Notes under the pieces: generated by a model
What the model saw: only the letters and a program-made list of their open reading frames with translations
Databases searched by the model: none
What the model was told of the DNA's origin: nothing
Assembly: GCA_965649825.1 (NCBI GenBank)
Contig: OZ287700.1
Location: forward strand, 1,488,001-1,552,000
DNA length: 64,000 bases
Reading direction: 5' to 3'
Source: Penicillus capitatus
Lineage: Eukaryota > Plantae > Chlorophyta
Made by a program: the position numbers and the translations under genes
Shown here: in pieces, positions 1-11,543 of the stretch
Position numbering within the stretch: the stretch's first letter is position 1
Layout of the letters: every line of letters starts with the position of its first letter

Positions 1-1318
1 ATCATCCACGTCGAGACGTGTGCATAACGGCCACCTGCGGACGCGCATGGCATTGAAAACTGGGCAAGTTCTGAGCCTATATAAACAGAACGTCTGTTAG
101 ATGAGGACCAAGGAACACCTTATCGGTTGTGGTGTTTCATCGACGGCGTCGTTCGGCGACAAACCAAATTACTGAACTAACTTCAAAGGAGCACGAAGAA
201 GACAAGTGTTTGACTGCAGAGTAGTGACCTACCGCACTCCTATCCCTTGCGCAGAGAATCGCTGGATCGTCTTTTAGGGATGTTTTGATCTTTGGCCGTG
301 AAGGAGAATAGCAATGCGGGTTGATAAAACACTTACAGAAGGAAGCATTGACCGATTTCGTGACGGAGGTTGAACCCAATGGTTTCACAGTGTCGAGTCA
401 GCAGAATAAGCGTCGGAGACATTTTCCAGTCAGTGAGATCGATCTCTTTTCTGTCGCCGATCACACACACATTCTGATTCGGAGAATGAACAATATTGTA
501 CAGGTATGATTCAACGGGACAACGAATTCTGGATTTGCATCCTACTCGGAACTAAACAGCTTAGGGACCCTCTGTCGTTCGGATGGCTCGATAGAGATGG
601 CACAGCAGCGTTGGCAGCTTCACCAAAACAGTTGATTGACGCTCATCATATGATAAAGCGTTTGTGTCAGTGATTTGTAAGTGCACTTGGGATTCGATCC
701 GTCGTTTCGGCAACGAACTTACTCTGTTCTTTCATCACTTTCACGAGGCTCCCTAGATAATCGGTCCAGCGTTGCAAGAAGATTCTAGATTTGGCCATTC
801 GCTGAAATCTCGCCAGTTTTTCGCACGGGCTGCTTTTGTCGATGCTCTTGTTCTCTTTATGTCCGTTTCTTCGCAAGGACGTTTATTTTCTCTCACTCCA
901 GTAAAACAGAGGATATTTAGAAAACGATCAAACCCCCTTCTGTGGGCTGCTGCTGAGGTGAGGAAAGCCTCCTGGTTTGTGACCGAGGCTGCGAAGGAGA
1001 TGAATGGATGTCAACCACGGAATACTCTGTTTGATGTGGGGTTTAGCGAGTAGCCTTTGATCAGCACATGGTGGAAACAGCGCTATCCTTCTTCGCGTCT
1101 ATCATCGCAAGACGTCTGTTGGTTAAGAGAGACAGGGATATCCATCAGATTCGTTATTCTGTTGCAGATAGACGCACAAGCGATATCAGCAAAAATCGGA
1201 GATCTCTCTAATAATTGAAAGGGTCTTTTGCAGCTGATAGATTCCATGCGCAAATTCCGAGCCATCATTTGCAGTCCTTTTCGTTTGTAGCCCTCGGTGT
1301 CGTCGACCCGTTTCAAAA

Positions 1319-1644
1319 ATGGCAGACAAAACTCTTGTTCTTCTACTGATCTTCTGTGTTGGCTTCATGCTCTCTGTGCCACATACGGAAGGGCGAAACA
1401 TGCAACCAGGCGATTTTTCCGACTTCGGTCTACAGGCCGCGGTTGCCGAATCAAATGCCGGACCTCCCCTCCCGGCAACGGAGACGGTGGTGACGAAACC
1501 GCTACCGAAACCTTCGTGTACGCCTTCGGTAAGACGCAAACGCCGCGTGATCGGCGTGAGTCATCTTGTTCGATTCAGGGATTCGAGTGCTCTTCGTCGG
1601 TGGAATGTTGCAGCAATGAGTGTGTCTATTATATCTGTAGCTGA
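1319..1644 (+). CDS. Secreted 91-aa precursor: signal peptide, Pro/Thr-rich spacer, C-terminal inhibitor-cystine-knot (knottin) motif; 2 exons
   Basis: ATG 1319, hydrophobic N-terminus MADKTLVLLLIFCVGFMLSVPHTEG. A phase-0 GT-AG intron at 1529-1578 (50 nt) joins ...PKPSCTPS to GFECSSSVECCSNECVYYICS*, giving C-x6-C-x5-CC-x3-C-x4-C. Confidence 0.75.
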
Positions 1645-3299
1645 GTTCGAAGGCACTCATGTCTTTCGCCGTTGTCGACTTGAACCCTTTTTGCACAAAG
1701 TCTACCGACGCTCTCTGTTAAACGCGTGGATGATGCTCGGCGTTAGATAGAGCGAATGCAATACGTCGTCTTCAAGCGGATCATCGAAAGGCTCTTCGTG
1801 GCCACGCGCCGTTCATCGTGAGCAGACCCTCGATCATTGTCCGACGAAAAAATCGTCTCCAGAGCGTCCTGGTATCGAAGTGTCACGACGAGATTCTGCG
1901 ATCTGCGGCCTCTGTCCTCCCCGGATGAGTCATGCCGTTGCATACACAGAGCGTTGGTTGGCAGTTTTGTCATGATCGATGGAAAACGATGTTCGTCAGA
2001 ACTCGCACGCCTGTGAGATCTTGACACTCAGCTTACAGAGCGCATGGAAGGATCAACACTTCTGTCGTGTAACAGCAAGTCTGCGTGCGACACAGAACCC
2101 ACAAAGCAGCAGACGATTGCGAATTCATGGCGCTCACACGTCTGGGCTGTGGAATGTGAGGAACTGATTTCAGATGACACTTGGTAGACATGCACAGTGG
2201 CCTCTACGCTCCGCAGTGTGTTCGAAAAGGACCAGCACTGGGACATCGACAACTGACTTGCACGTTGCATCTGAACAGCATCATTCTCTCTTTAAGAATT
2301 GAACATGCAAAGCACAACATACGGGAAGCAATGCAGGTTAAAAATGAGAAAACAACCTTCTTAGGGTATTACTACTCGTGGCACAGAACCATTCACAGAA
2401 AAGCAAACATGACATGGGTCTGAAACGGCTGGATAACGCATCGTCGATAACGAAATCATTTGATTGATCTCAATCCGATGCAAAATGACCATGACAAACA
2501 TTGCTGGAGAGGACATCTGTTTGTCGTCAGAAGAGTAACATCACACTTTCGTCTTTGAGGAGACGTCACGAAGCGGTGCATCATGCCGATCGACAGACGG
2601 TCGACTTCCACGTGTCTAGTACTCCGTGTTCCATCATGGGTCAACAACGATGAGGAGAGAACGCACCTTGTTGAATGTCATTTGTGTGACCGTTTCCAGT
2701 TGAGTTTAGCACTTCGATATCTTTAGGCAATCGCGGAGAGCACGTCCCTTCTCAGCTCGTTGACTCTGTGTCTTGGGAAACGAATCAAAAGGAGAACGAC
2801 CCAGTATAGATCGCGTCGGGCTCTTTACTGATGCAACGGGTCTAAGACACCTACAATGACGTTCGTTTCTTTCGAGGCAAGACATGCAACACACACTATC
2901 GCACACAGCTTTTTCAGTCAACTGTGTTACGACGAGGCATCGAAGATCAAACATTGAGAGGTTCCTACCGAACGACTTTATAACCTAGTAGAGAAAACGA
3001 TGCGCAAAGGGTGACGCCATTGGCATCTGTCAAAGCCTCGAAGGACATCGCACTTACAATGATGCTTTACGTAATGTGTTGTATACTATGAGATTATTGA
3101 CTTTTGTGGTCAGTGCTATGTATTGCTACATTATCGAGGCGACGGCTTTTTCGTCTTAGCTTCAAGGCCGTCAATAAATACGGCGTAGATGCATCAGCTC
3201 CATTCGAGGTTCTGGGTTTATTTGCTCCTTTTCCTTTGAATCTCAAGACAGTGCTTTTAACGTTCCATCTGTGTTTGGCGCCTTCGAGTGTTTATTACG

Positions 3300-3940
3300 A
3301 TGAAGCTCCTTTGTGTATTCCTCGCACTTTTGTCTGCCGTCTTTATCGGCAACGTCGTTGGGCACAACGTTTGTAACTACAGACAGGCGCGTCTGTCTAT
3401 CGCCCGTGACGCGGAAGCATGTGAAGAGAACTGCAAGAACTGTAAGATGGCACTTCCTTCTCGTTCACTGCTCTAGAAGGATGCTTTTCTTCAGTTCTGC
3501 ACGAAGATTACGGTAGCTGCTTCGGATATTTGTATGACCCTCAACGTGAGGATTGCGACGGAATTTTCTTGGACCATCACAGCGAGTATGGAAACTACGA
3601 GACGTGTGGAGTCGTCTATGGAGCCAACCTTACACTGCAGACGAACGGCGATGAAGCTCCGGCATCTGAAAGTGAACGATCAGGATGCTCCTTCGATCTA
3701 GCTTATCTCGGAATCCAGAAAAACCAAACAGACTGCCGCAACACCTGTGAGAACTGTAAGTCGGTCCATTCAATGCTATTGTCTTGAAGAGCATCTCTAT
3801 TCTTCACAGTTGAAGGCACCAACACTCGCGGCGGGTGTGCGGCATGGTTCTATGATCCAGATAGCGAAGATTGCGCCGGTATGGTTTCATGGTATAATAC
3901 CTACGGCAGCGACATCTGCGGTTCCATTCAGCAGCCTTAG
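3300..3940 (+). CDS. Secreted Cys-rich protein with two tandem PAN/apple-like repeats; 3 exons
   Basis: Signal peptide MKLLCVFLALLSAVFIGNVVG. Phase-1 GTAAG..CAG introns at 3442-3494 and 3756-3809 restore the frame. Repeats: ACEENCKNF..SCFGYLYDPQREDCDG and DCRNTCENF..GCAAWFYDPDSEDCAG. The PAN assignment rests on Cys spacing only. Confidence 0.65.
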
Positions 3941-4170
3941 ACAGACGGAGGCACTATGGGTTTTCAATAATTCTTCGATTTCGCATCGCTTTGACTTAAC
4001 GTGTTGCATTCACAAGTTCTCTATCTATCTGCTCTGATGACAAATCGAGAACGGAGAACACTAAGCAGTCGTCGATGTTGCTTCATGATCATTCTTTGAA
4101 AATTCTGTGATCCCTGTGCATGTGTATGTAATCTGTGACATTTTCCCTTTGTTCCACGGGGCCAGATGCG

Positions 4171-7100
4171 ATGAGAGCATTCGCGAGATTTTCCGAGGAA
4201 GAAATACGATCTGTTGGATTTCGTTCGCTCGAACGGCTGGCTTCACATCTAAAACCTGTTCACTCGAAGAACAGCTCTAGCGCAGACACCATCCAAAAAT
4301 GTGTTCGGAGCCGTCCATACGCAAAAAGCGCTTCACTGTTTCATGCTCGGAGAACGCGGATAGACAGTGGGGAATGGACACGATCGATCCATTGGCTCAA
4401 TGTTTCTGAGCGGATCCAGTGGATTTATGCTACGATTGATCAAGAGGCAACACTGTCGTACGCATTTGCCACCTTCACTATGAAAACCACCGTCAAGCTG
4501 TCAAGAACCGTGTCACGCAGGTGAGATCCTTTCGACGACTCTCGCAAACAAACCTGTCCTTTCTTCCTCCCATCTAACCAGTCTGCGAGGAAAAGAGACG
4601 AGTGGGCGACGGTGTGGTCGACGGTTGGTCATTCGTGGCAGTTTAAAGAAGGAACACAAAGATCTTCGAGATCCCGTCGACAGCGTAAACAGAGGAAAAA
4701 CACGAAATCGGAGAAAGCCAAAACCCAAACTACCAGAAGAGATCAATCCCTTCAAGGAGACTTACAACGCCGACTTCGCCGATGTTACCTCCTATCATCA
4801 AGGCATCGTTCGTACGTTACTCAAAACGTCACATCATTTTTCTGCCTGCAACACAGCACGGCTGTTTAGAGACGCAAGGAGAGGAAGAGGATAACACAGA
4901 GGATGATGTCGATCTGGAACCCGAAGACGAACGCACACTAGAAGAGATGATGGAGAAGCTCGAATTCTTAGATCGTAGGTATGCGCATCTCGTATTTGAT
5001 GACGACGAAGAAAATGTCCCCTCTCACGACGGGGAATCCGACGAGCCAGAGGTCGATATCAGTCCACTCTTCGAGGTGCCGCTGACCATGACCGATGTTC
5101 CGCTTTATTCATACAAACATGTTTTGTCCCCCTACAGAGTTCAGACGATCTGTTGGATTTCGATGACATTGAGGTGCACGACGAATCGGAGGCAGCCAAA
5201 AATCTGGACGATGAAGATTTGCGATATCGATTCGATGATATCGAGTCTGAGGCGTTTTTGGAAGCATTGAAAGGAGCAGATCCCGGAGAGTTCTTTCAAG
5301 GAAACAACGACATCGTAAGAAAAGCGGAAGATGCAATCATCGATGAGCGGCTGGAAGACATCCGCAGGCCTTCCGAAGGGTATGACGTCGACGATTCTAA
5401 GTGGGAGAATCCTTACGACCAAATGTGTTGGGATATCAAGCGGATCCTGTTTCCCAGAAGAGGCAAACGCGTGAGATCGTATGCCCTTCGTTTTCAGTGG
5501 AGTGACAAATTGGATCTGTAGGATCATCGACAGAACTGGGATCACATGAACGTTTCGGAAGAGATTAAGCAGAAGAGAGCAGCAAAGAAAGCAACACGCT
5601 TGTCTATCTGGTTGAGCATGGAAAACGCAAAGGTCGTCAAGACTGCCATGAATCGACTTCGCAAGCTTCCGAAGCGCGCTGCAGCAAGACAGGAGATCGT
5701 TGATAAGACATTGCGCAAGTACACAACAGTGCTTGACTATCATGAACACAAATTCAATCTGCAAAACACTGTTGGTCTCTTCCATGCGGTCGCACGCCTC
5801 ATTGATGCATCCGTCGACCCTCGGGCAATAGCAGAGAGACATAGACTATTTATCAGAAAGCTCTGCGGAAGAGTGAGAGACCAGTTGCAGGATCTTAACG
5901 GTCGATCTGTCTGTGAACTTCTTTGGGCATTACACAAAATGAGATTCAGAGATATTGCCACTCGTGTCCGCAGTCCGGCATCTACCACAAGCGTTTTAAA
6001 AGATGCAGAACGCGATTCGCTCATACAGTCAATACTGGAACGTGCAAACGCGCCAGATGTTGCTTACAACGCCCAAGACAGAGCCATTCTTGTTCACACG
6101 TTACTGAAGATGCAACTCGCAGATCGGCAACCCGCCCTGGTTCAGAAACTGCTGACTGGTGCGGTGAGACAGATTTCTGATTTTCAGCCGCGGGATGTTT
6201 CGATGCTCGTCTGGTGTCTTCCTCAGTTGAAGATCGCGCCGCCCATCCTCCTGGTTTCGTCCCTTGTAAAGAGAGCCATGGATATGGTCCCCGACTTCAC
6301 GCCTCAGGACATTGCAGATACGGTGCACGGTCTGGCGCAGCTTTCATACTATCACTGCACGCGGCTCTGTTCTCTTTTCCTGTCCGAAATGGAAAGCCGA
6401 TTGGAGACGTTCCGGTCACAAGAACTGGCGTGTGTGTTATGGGGATTCGCCAGACTGCTCTACTTGCCGACTCCTGTTTTTCTGAACAAGGTCGCCGATG
6501 TCAGTCTTCGCACAATGGATCAGTTCACGCCGCAGAGTGCCTCGAATCTGATTCTGGCTTACGCCAATTTTCGCCACCATCACGCTCCTCTGACCAACGC
6601 TGTCGGCGTTCGTATTGTCGCCTCTCGAGGATTTCTCCGTTCACAAGATGTCGTCAATACAGCCTGGGCATTTGCTATTCTCGAATGCTTGGATCCCGAA
6701 TTCATGCGCTTCTGTCTGGAGGAGCTAAGGTATGTGCAACGGTCTTTGCCAGTCACCGAGAAGATGCAGCTTTATCAGTGCTTTCTCCACATGAGTGTGC
6801 ATCATCCCGACGCCAACGTCTTTCGCATCTGCCCTCCCGGGTTTTTGCATAATTGTCGACAGAAATGGACAGCAGCGCAGGCAGAGCTTCGCAAGGAAAA
6901 CAAAGTGCTGGATGACATTCTGAGATTTCTGAAAAAAGAGGGCTATACTTGTCAGCACAGGCATCCCATTCGTGGCGGGGATTTCTTTGTGGCCACTGTT
7001 TCACAGCATGGCGTGCCCTACGTTGTGGAGTGCATCTCAAAGGATGTGAGGTTCAGCAATCAGCCCAACACTCTGATTGGGAAGACAGCATGGAGAGAGA

Positions 7101-7207
7101 ATCTTCTGGCTCGTTATGGCTATTTTATGCTAAGAATATATCCTGATCAGTGGACAGCGTTTGATAACGACGAAAAAAGACGAGAGTTCTTCAAGCGTAT
7201 TATTTAA
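4171..7207 (+). CDS. Organelle-targeted helical-repeat (OPR/FAST-like) RAP-domain RNA-binding protein with a long acidic N-terminal region; multi-exon
   Basis: ORFs 4135/4625/4782/5153/5546 join through plausible introns (e.g. 5471-5521, 51 nt). Repeats such as FQPRDVSMLVW, FTPQDIADTVHGLAQL, FRSQELACVLWGFARL and FTPQSASNLILAYA. C-terminal RAP-like segment ..VVECISKDVRFSNQPNTLIGKTAWRENLLARYGYFMLRIYPDQW. Start codon uncertain. Confidence 0.8.
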
Positions 7208-7250
7208 CTGCCTCGTTGCGCATGAAATTGTGTCGTTAACCATTCACAGC

Positions 7251-8896
7251 ATGGCGACTCTCGGGAGGCTTCCATATCACTCGGGGCCGTCTAGTTGCGC
7301 GTTTACGATCGCGAGCTTGCACAATGCACGTGGCCGCACACAGCACCACAGGGGAGCTACTGTGCAGCCGAGATCGAGGTTCATTGTGGGCCCTGTGTAC
7401 AGCACCTCGACTACTGAAAAAGTGCCTCGACTTTGCTCTGCTTGCTGTCTACTGTCCAACATCTGCTGTGCTGTGCAGGATACGGAGACGGCCTTGGTCA
7501 GTACAGAAGAGCACATCTATGAGAAACTGGATCGCGATGTGAAATACCGTCCCGTTGTTTCTCCAGAGCAGTACCTTCTGAGCGTGCTCATATCCGCCGG
7601 ACTCATTTACATTCCACTTCTCAAAGATCAACAGCTGACGAGCCAAGACTGGCCGAGGCTCAGTCTTATTGTCACTGTTTTTATCATTCTCTTCTTCACT
7701 TTCCGCCAACTCTTTCTCGAGACCTACTACACAGTAAGTGACACATGTCCGACGCCCTCGCTCCATGATGTCTGTGTACCGCAGTTACTGCAGAGACGGG
7801 AGACGCAACTGAGAGACTTTGATTCCATCTTCCGTGTCGCCGACAATATCACAGTGCACTATAAGTGCAAGCGTCCGGATGACACGAAGAGCAACATGGG
7901 CATGCAGCTCTATCACGGTTTCGGCTCAAATCTCTTCTCGTGGAAAGATGTCCAAGACAAACTTGCCATAGAAGTGGACGCTTGTGTCACGGCCACAGAT
8001 CTTCTTGGCTTTGGTTTGACTCAGCGTCCATTCTTTTGGGGTCTCTATAGTCGTGAACGAGATGGAATGCTTGGGCGCGATATTCTCAGATACGAAATGC
8101 GAGATGTTCCCCAAAATGCCGCCAGAGAGGTTCTCGTGGGAAATTCCTTGGGCGGCGCCACAGCCATCGAAGAAACGATACGCGATCCGGAAAATATCAA
8201 AGCCGTTATCTTGATATCGCCGCTTCTCCAGTTGCTTGGCGATCCAAGCGAGGCACCATCACAGAAATGGCCCGAACGCATCCTTGATGCTCTTAATCAT
8301 CTCTTCTTGGTTCGGGGTGGTAGTTTGCTGCTGTCGGCCCTCCTCTGGATTTCCCAGCCAATAGTCTTTCTCTTCATTCGATTTGCCACGCGCCAAAGAT
8401 GGTTCTGGGAATTTGGTTTGGGCTTTGTGTACTATGATAAAGAGAAAGAGGAAACCGTTCTTGATTGGTACAGGTAAGACAGATGCCTCATTTTTGAGAT
8501 CCGTGCGAAACGGGGACTCTTTTGCGAAGGTTTCCGCTATTGGTGCGTGGATGGGAATTCGGAATCATCCGCCTCAGCCGTGCGACCATCTCGAGTCTCA
8601 CCGGAGGAAGAACATTCGTGGACATCTTGAAAAATCGTCGCAATTCGGCGATTGATCAGTTCATTCAAAAAGTCAAGGACCACGACATTCAGGTGTTGCT
8701 TATTCACGGAGAGAACGATAGACTGGTCCCCGTTATCAAAAGCCAGCAGCTTCATGAACGCCTTCCGAACAACAGCAAATTCATTCCCTATCCAGAGTGC
8801 GGACATGTAGCGCATGAAGAGTATCCTGAAAGATTTATCAAAGATACTGTCTCTTTCTTGCATGACGTGAAAAAGGAATCCCCGCAGTCGACATGA
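7251..8896 (+). CDS. Alpha/beta-hydrolase fold protein with probable transit peptide
   Basis: HGFGSNLFSW, DLLGFGLT, nucleophile elbow VGNSLGG, then LLIHGENDRLVP and ECGHVAHEE (Ser-Asp-His triad). Intron after 8472, plus an in-frame 57-nt intron near the 5' end. Confidence 0.85.
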
Positions 8897-9359
8897 ACAT
8901 GTCACAGCAACACATGCTATGAAATCGTGTATGGCGATCGATCGGAAGAGACGTACGTGCAAGGAAAGTGTATTCTCAACTGCGTTCAATTGTGACAAGT
9001 GACAAGGGACAAAATCGGGACATTCTTTCCCGTTCCGCAATTCAGTATTGTCCTTCTTAATGTAAATCCGACACTTTCGTACGTCAACAAGATTTCTCGT
9101 GCTCTGTCTCTGAATGGAATATCGGATCGGTGGCATTCCTGATGTCATCCTTTGATTGTTGAATAGACATTCGTATGTCTCATAAGGCATCGGATTCGAA
9201 AAGACGAAACCGAAAACCATGTCAAAGCTTTTGCATCGAAGAATGCATTTGCCGCTCATCGTCAAGTATCCAACACGATGATCGATGATTACTAATTCAT
9301 CATTATTCGCGTCTTGCCGTTGTGTTTCTTTTCCATTGCGCGCATCCGTTCGACCAGTC

Positions 9360-10255
9360 ATGGCTTCCGCAAGAAACACATTTCAAAACGAAATTGACGA
9401 AAAGGAAAAGCAAGAAGTGGCTGAGAGAGCTGATGACGACGAGAAGGGTGTGCAAGAAGAACAGTCGGACGAAGAAGATGAAACATCGATTGCTGCGATG
9501 TCCGACAGAGAGAGGCGACTGTATCTGTTAAGACAGAAGATGCAGCTCTCTCGCCAAGCCAATCATCAAGCCATCCTCGCCGAAAGCCGTCGAAAGAAGA
9601 CTGCAGATAGTGGCGGACAGGGAGGCGATCGAAAGAAATGGTATGAGGAAAGAAAGAAGAAGCAGGAGGCTCGTCTGAAGGAATTGGGACTCGCACCGGA
9701 CGACGTTCATCGGATCGAGACAGTCGAAGTGGCTTCAGCAAAACACAAGAAGAAAGAGAAAAAGGAAGCCGCCTTTGGATGGGATGTCTTTAATCAGAAG
9801 ACGCTCTACAAGGCATACGAGAAGAGAGCCAACAAAGTGGATAGACACCCTGTGCGTCATGTTCTCGGACAGCGTCTGGCGGTGTAGGTACCTTACACCG
9901 TCGAGGATTACCAAAAACAGAGAGAACTGAATCCAGATCTCTACGGAGAATCGGAGAGCAGTGTTTATGGCCGAGCGCCGAAGATTCCCGAAGAGAACAT
10001 CGACAAGATGGTGAATGAGCTCAGCGAAAGGTGGCTGCCAGAGATGCAAAGAATTCGGCCTTTCCACGCTGTTCCTTTAGGCAACTGAAACGCTCAGAGT
10101 TCAGCAGGCGGCGAAAGCATTACGACGACCGCGATATCGATTTCATCAACGAACGGAATAAGAAATTCAATCGGAAGATCGAGAGAGCCTTTGGAAAGTA
10201 TACCGTCGAAATCAAAGGCAATTTGGAAAGAGGTACCGCACTGCCGGACCACTGA
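9360..10255 (+). CDS. SYF2: Pre-mRNA splicing factor SYF2
   Basis: [18 protein letters not shown]; after two ~50-nt introns, [50 protein letters not shown], the conserved SYF2 C-terminus. Confidence 0.92.
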
Positions 10256-11543
10256 TATTATCAAAGCTTCCCTGCAACGACACATGGACCAAAAATAGTG
10301 TATACGGGACGTATCGTGTCGGACACGTCAGTCGTAACAGACTAAGACGATGATGACGTCTATCTGCGCTGGAACACCTGTCCAATCGCGTCGATGAACG
10401 CATCATAACGCGAGGCAGTACACCGCCGGCGACGACTTACCACTAAGGGACCTTGCCGAACGCCGCCGTTGAAAGGCATCAAAGAAACGCGGTCGACATG
10501 CCAAACAACAAGCACAGGTCCCAACTGCGCCTTAAAAATGCAGATCTCGATTGTCGTCGATTGCGCGAAGGGACTCGGAGAAGGATGCAGATGCGTTGTC
10601 GGAACATTCGGGAATCTTCGACGTCTTCCGAATCTTTTCGGCTTTTATTCTCTCTCAGCGACCGCTTTGTTTCGTCGAGTGTTTTTTTGTCTGAGTGTGA
10701 GTGTTTATTTCCGTCTGTTTCGTCCAAACAGAGTCATACATAGTTTCTGCACATACACACATCATTGTAAATCTTCACATCCCTCGAGGTAACAACACTG
10801 CCCTCCTTCACAATTTTCGCTTATTCTCTTCGGTTTCGCCCATTGATCGATCTCCGATACGGATGCCCTTCGTTCAGAGGCAAAATCTCAAGTCCGAGCA
10901 CCCGAGCAAAACCTCATACCGAAAAATTACGTGTTTCTGACGGCAGCTGGACCAACCGCTGTCCTGCATAAAAGTTACCAGCGTGTTGATAGAGACAGAC
11001 GGCCGCGCATCTTTTCGTTCTCGTGTTTATCGAGTTGTCTTCCGTTCGGCTTGTCTTTTTGTAGAGGCTTACGATAGCGGTTCAATTCATTTGTACAGCC
11101 GGTCGCTGGCTCTTTGAACTTCCATTATCCGACGCTTTCGTTTCTCCCTTTTGGGTATTCTTCTTCGGCTGCCTTCTGGTGTTGACAACTTCACTCGACG
11201 CTAGCCGAAGCTCTACTCTACGTGACGTGGTGCTTCTTGACGCTTCAGGTTAGCCGTCGGACAAAACGCATTGCCGTAGACGCTCCACACGCAGCATCTG
11301 CTGACAGCAGTGAGCGTACGGTGTACCTTTTTTGTTACCTTTTGCCTCCCATCCAACTGACGCAGCGATGGAATGGCTACCAAGGGTGCTATTGTTGTTG
11401 TAGATCCCGTTTAGAAGCATTTTGTTCAGTGACCACGTCTTCCACATCTGAGCGACATTCACTTCTATTTCTCTTCGCTTCTCGGAGATTTCACTGTTGA
11501 GCTCATCTATCGCTTGCAAGAACTAGATTCATAGTATCCATCC

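Noticed and set aside
1-1100. Possible partial gene(s) at the window start (ORFs 321-509 and 772-1053)
   Set aside because: Splice-compatible fragments exist, but there is no recognisable motif or consistent model.
10450-11520. Minus-strand ORF fragments between SYF2 and the ankyrin gene
   Set aside because: Could not assemble a coherent spliced protein or recognise a domain.
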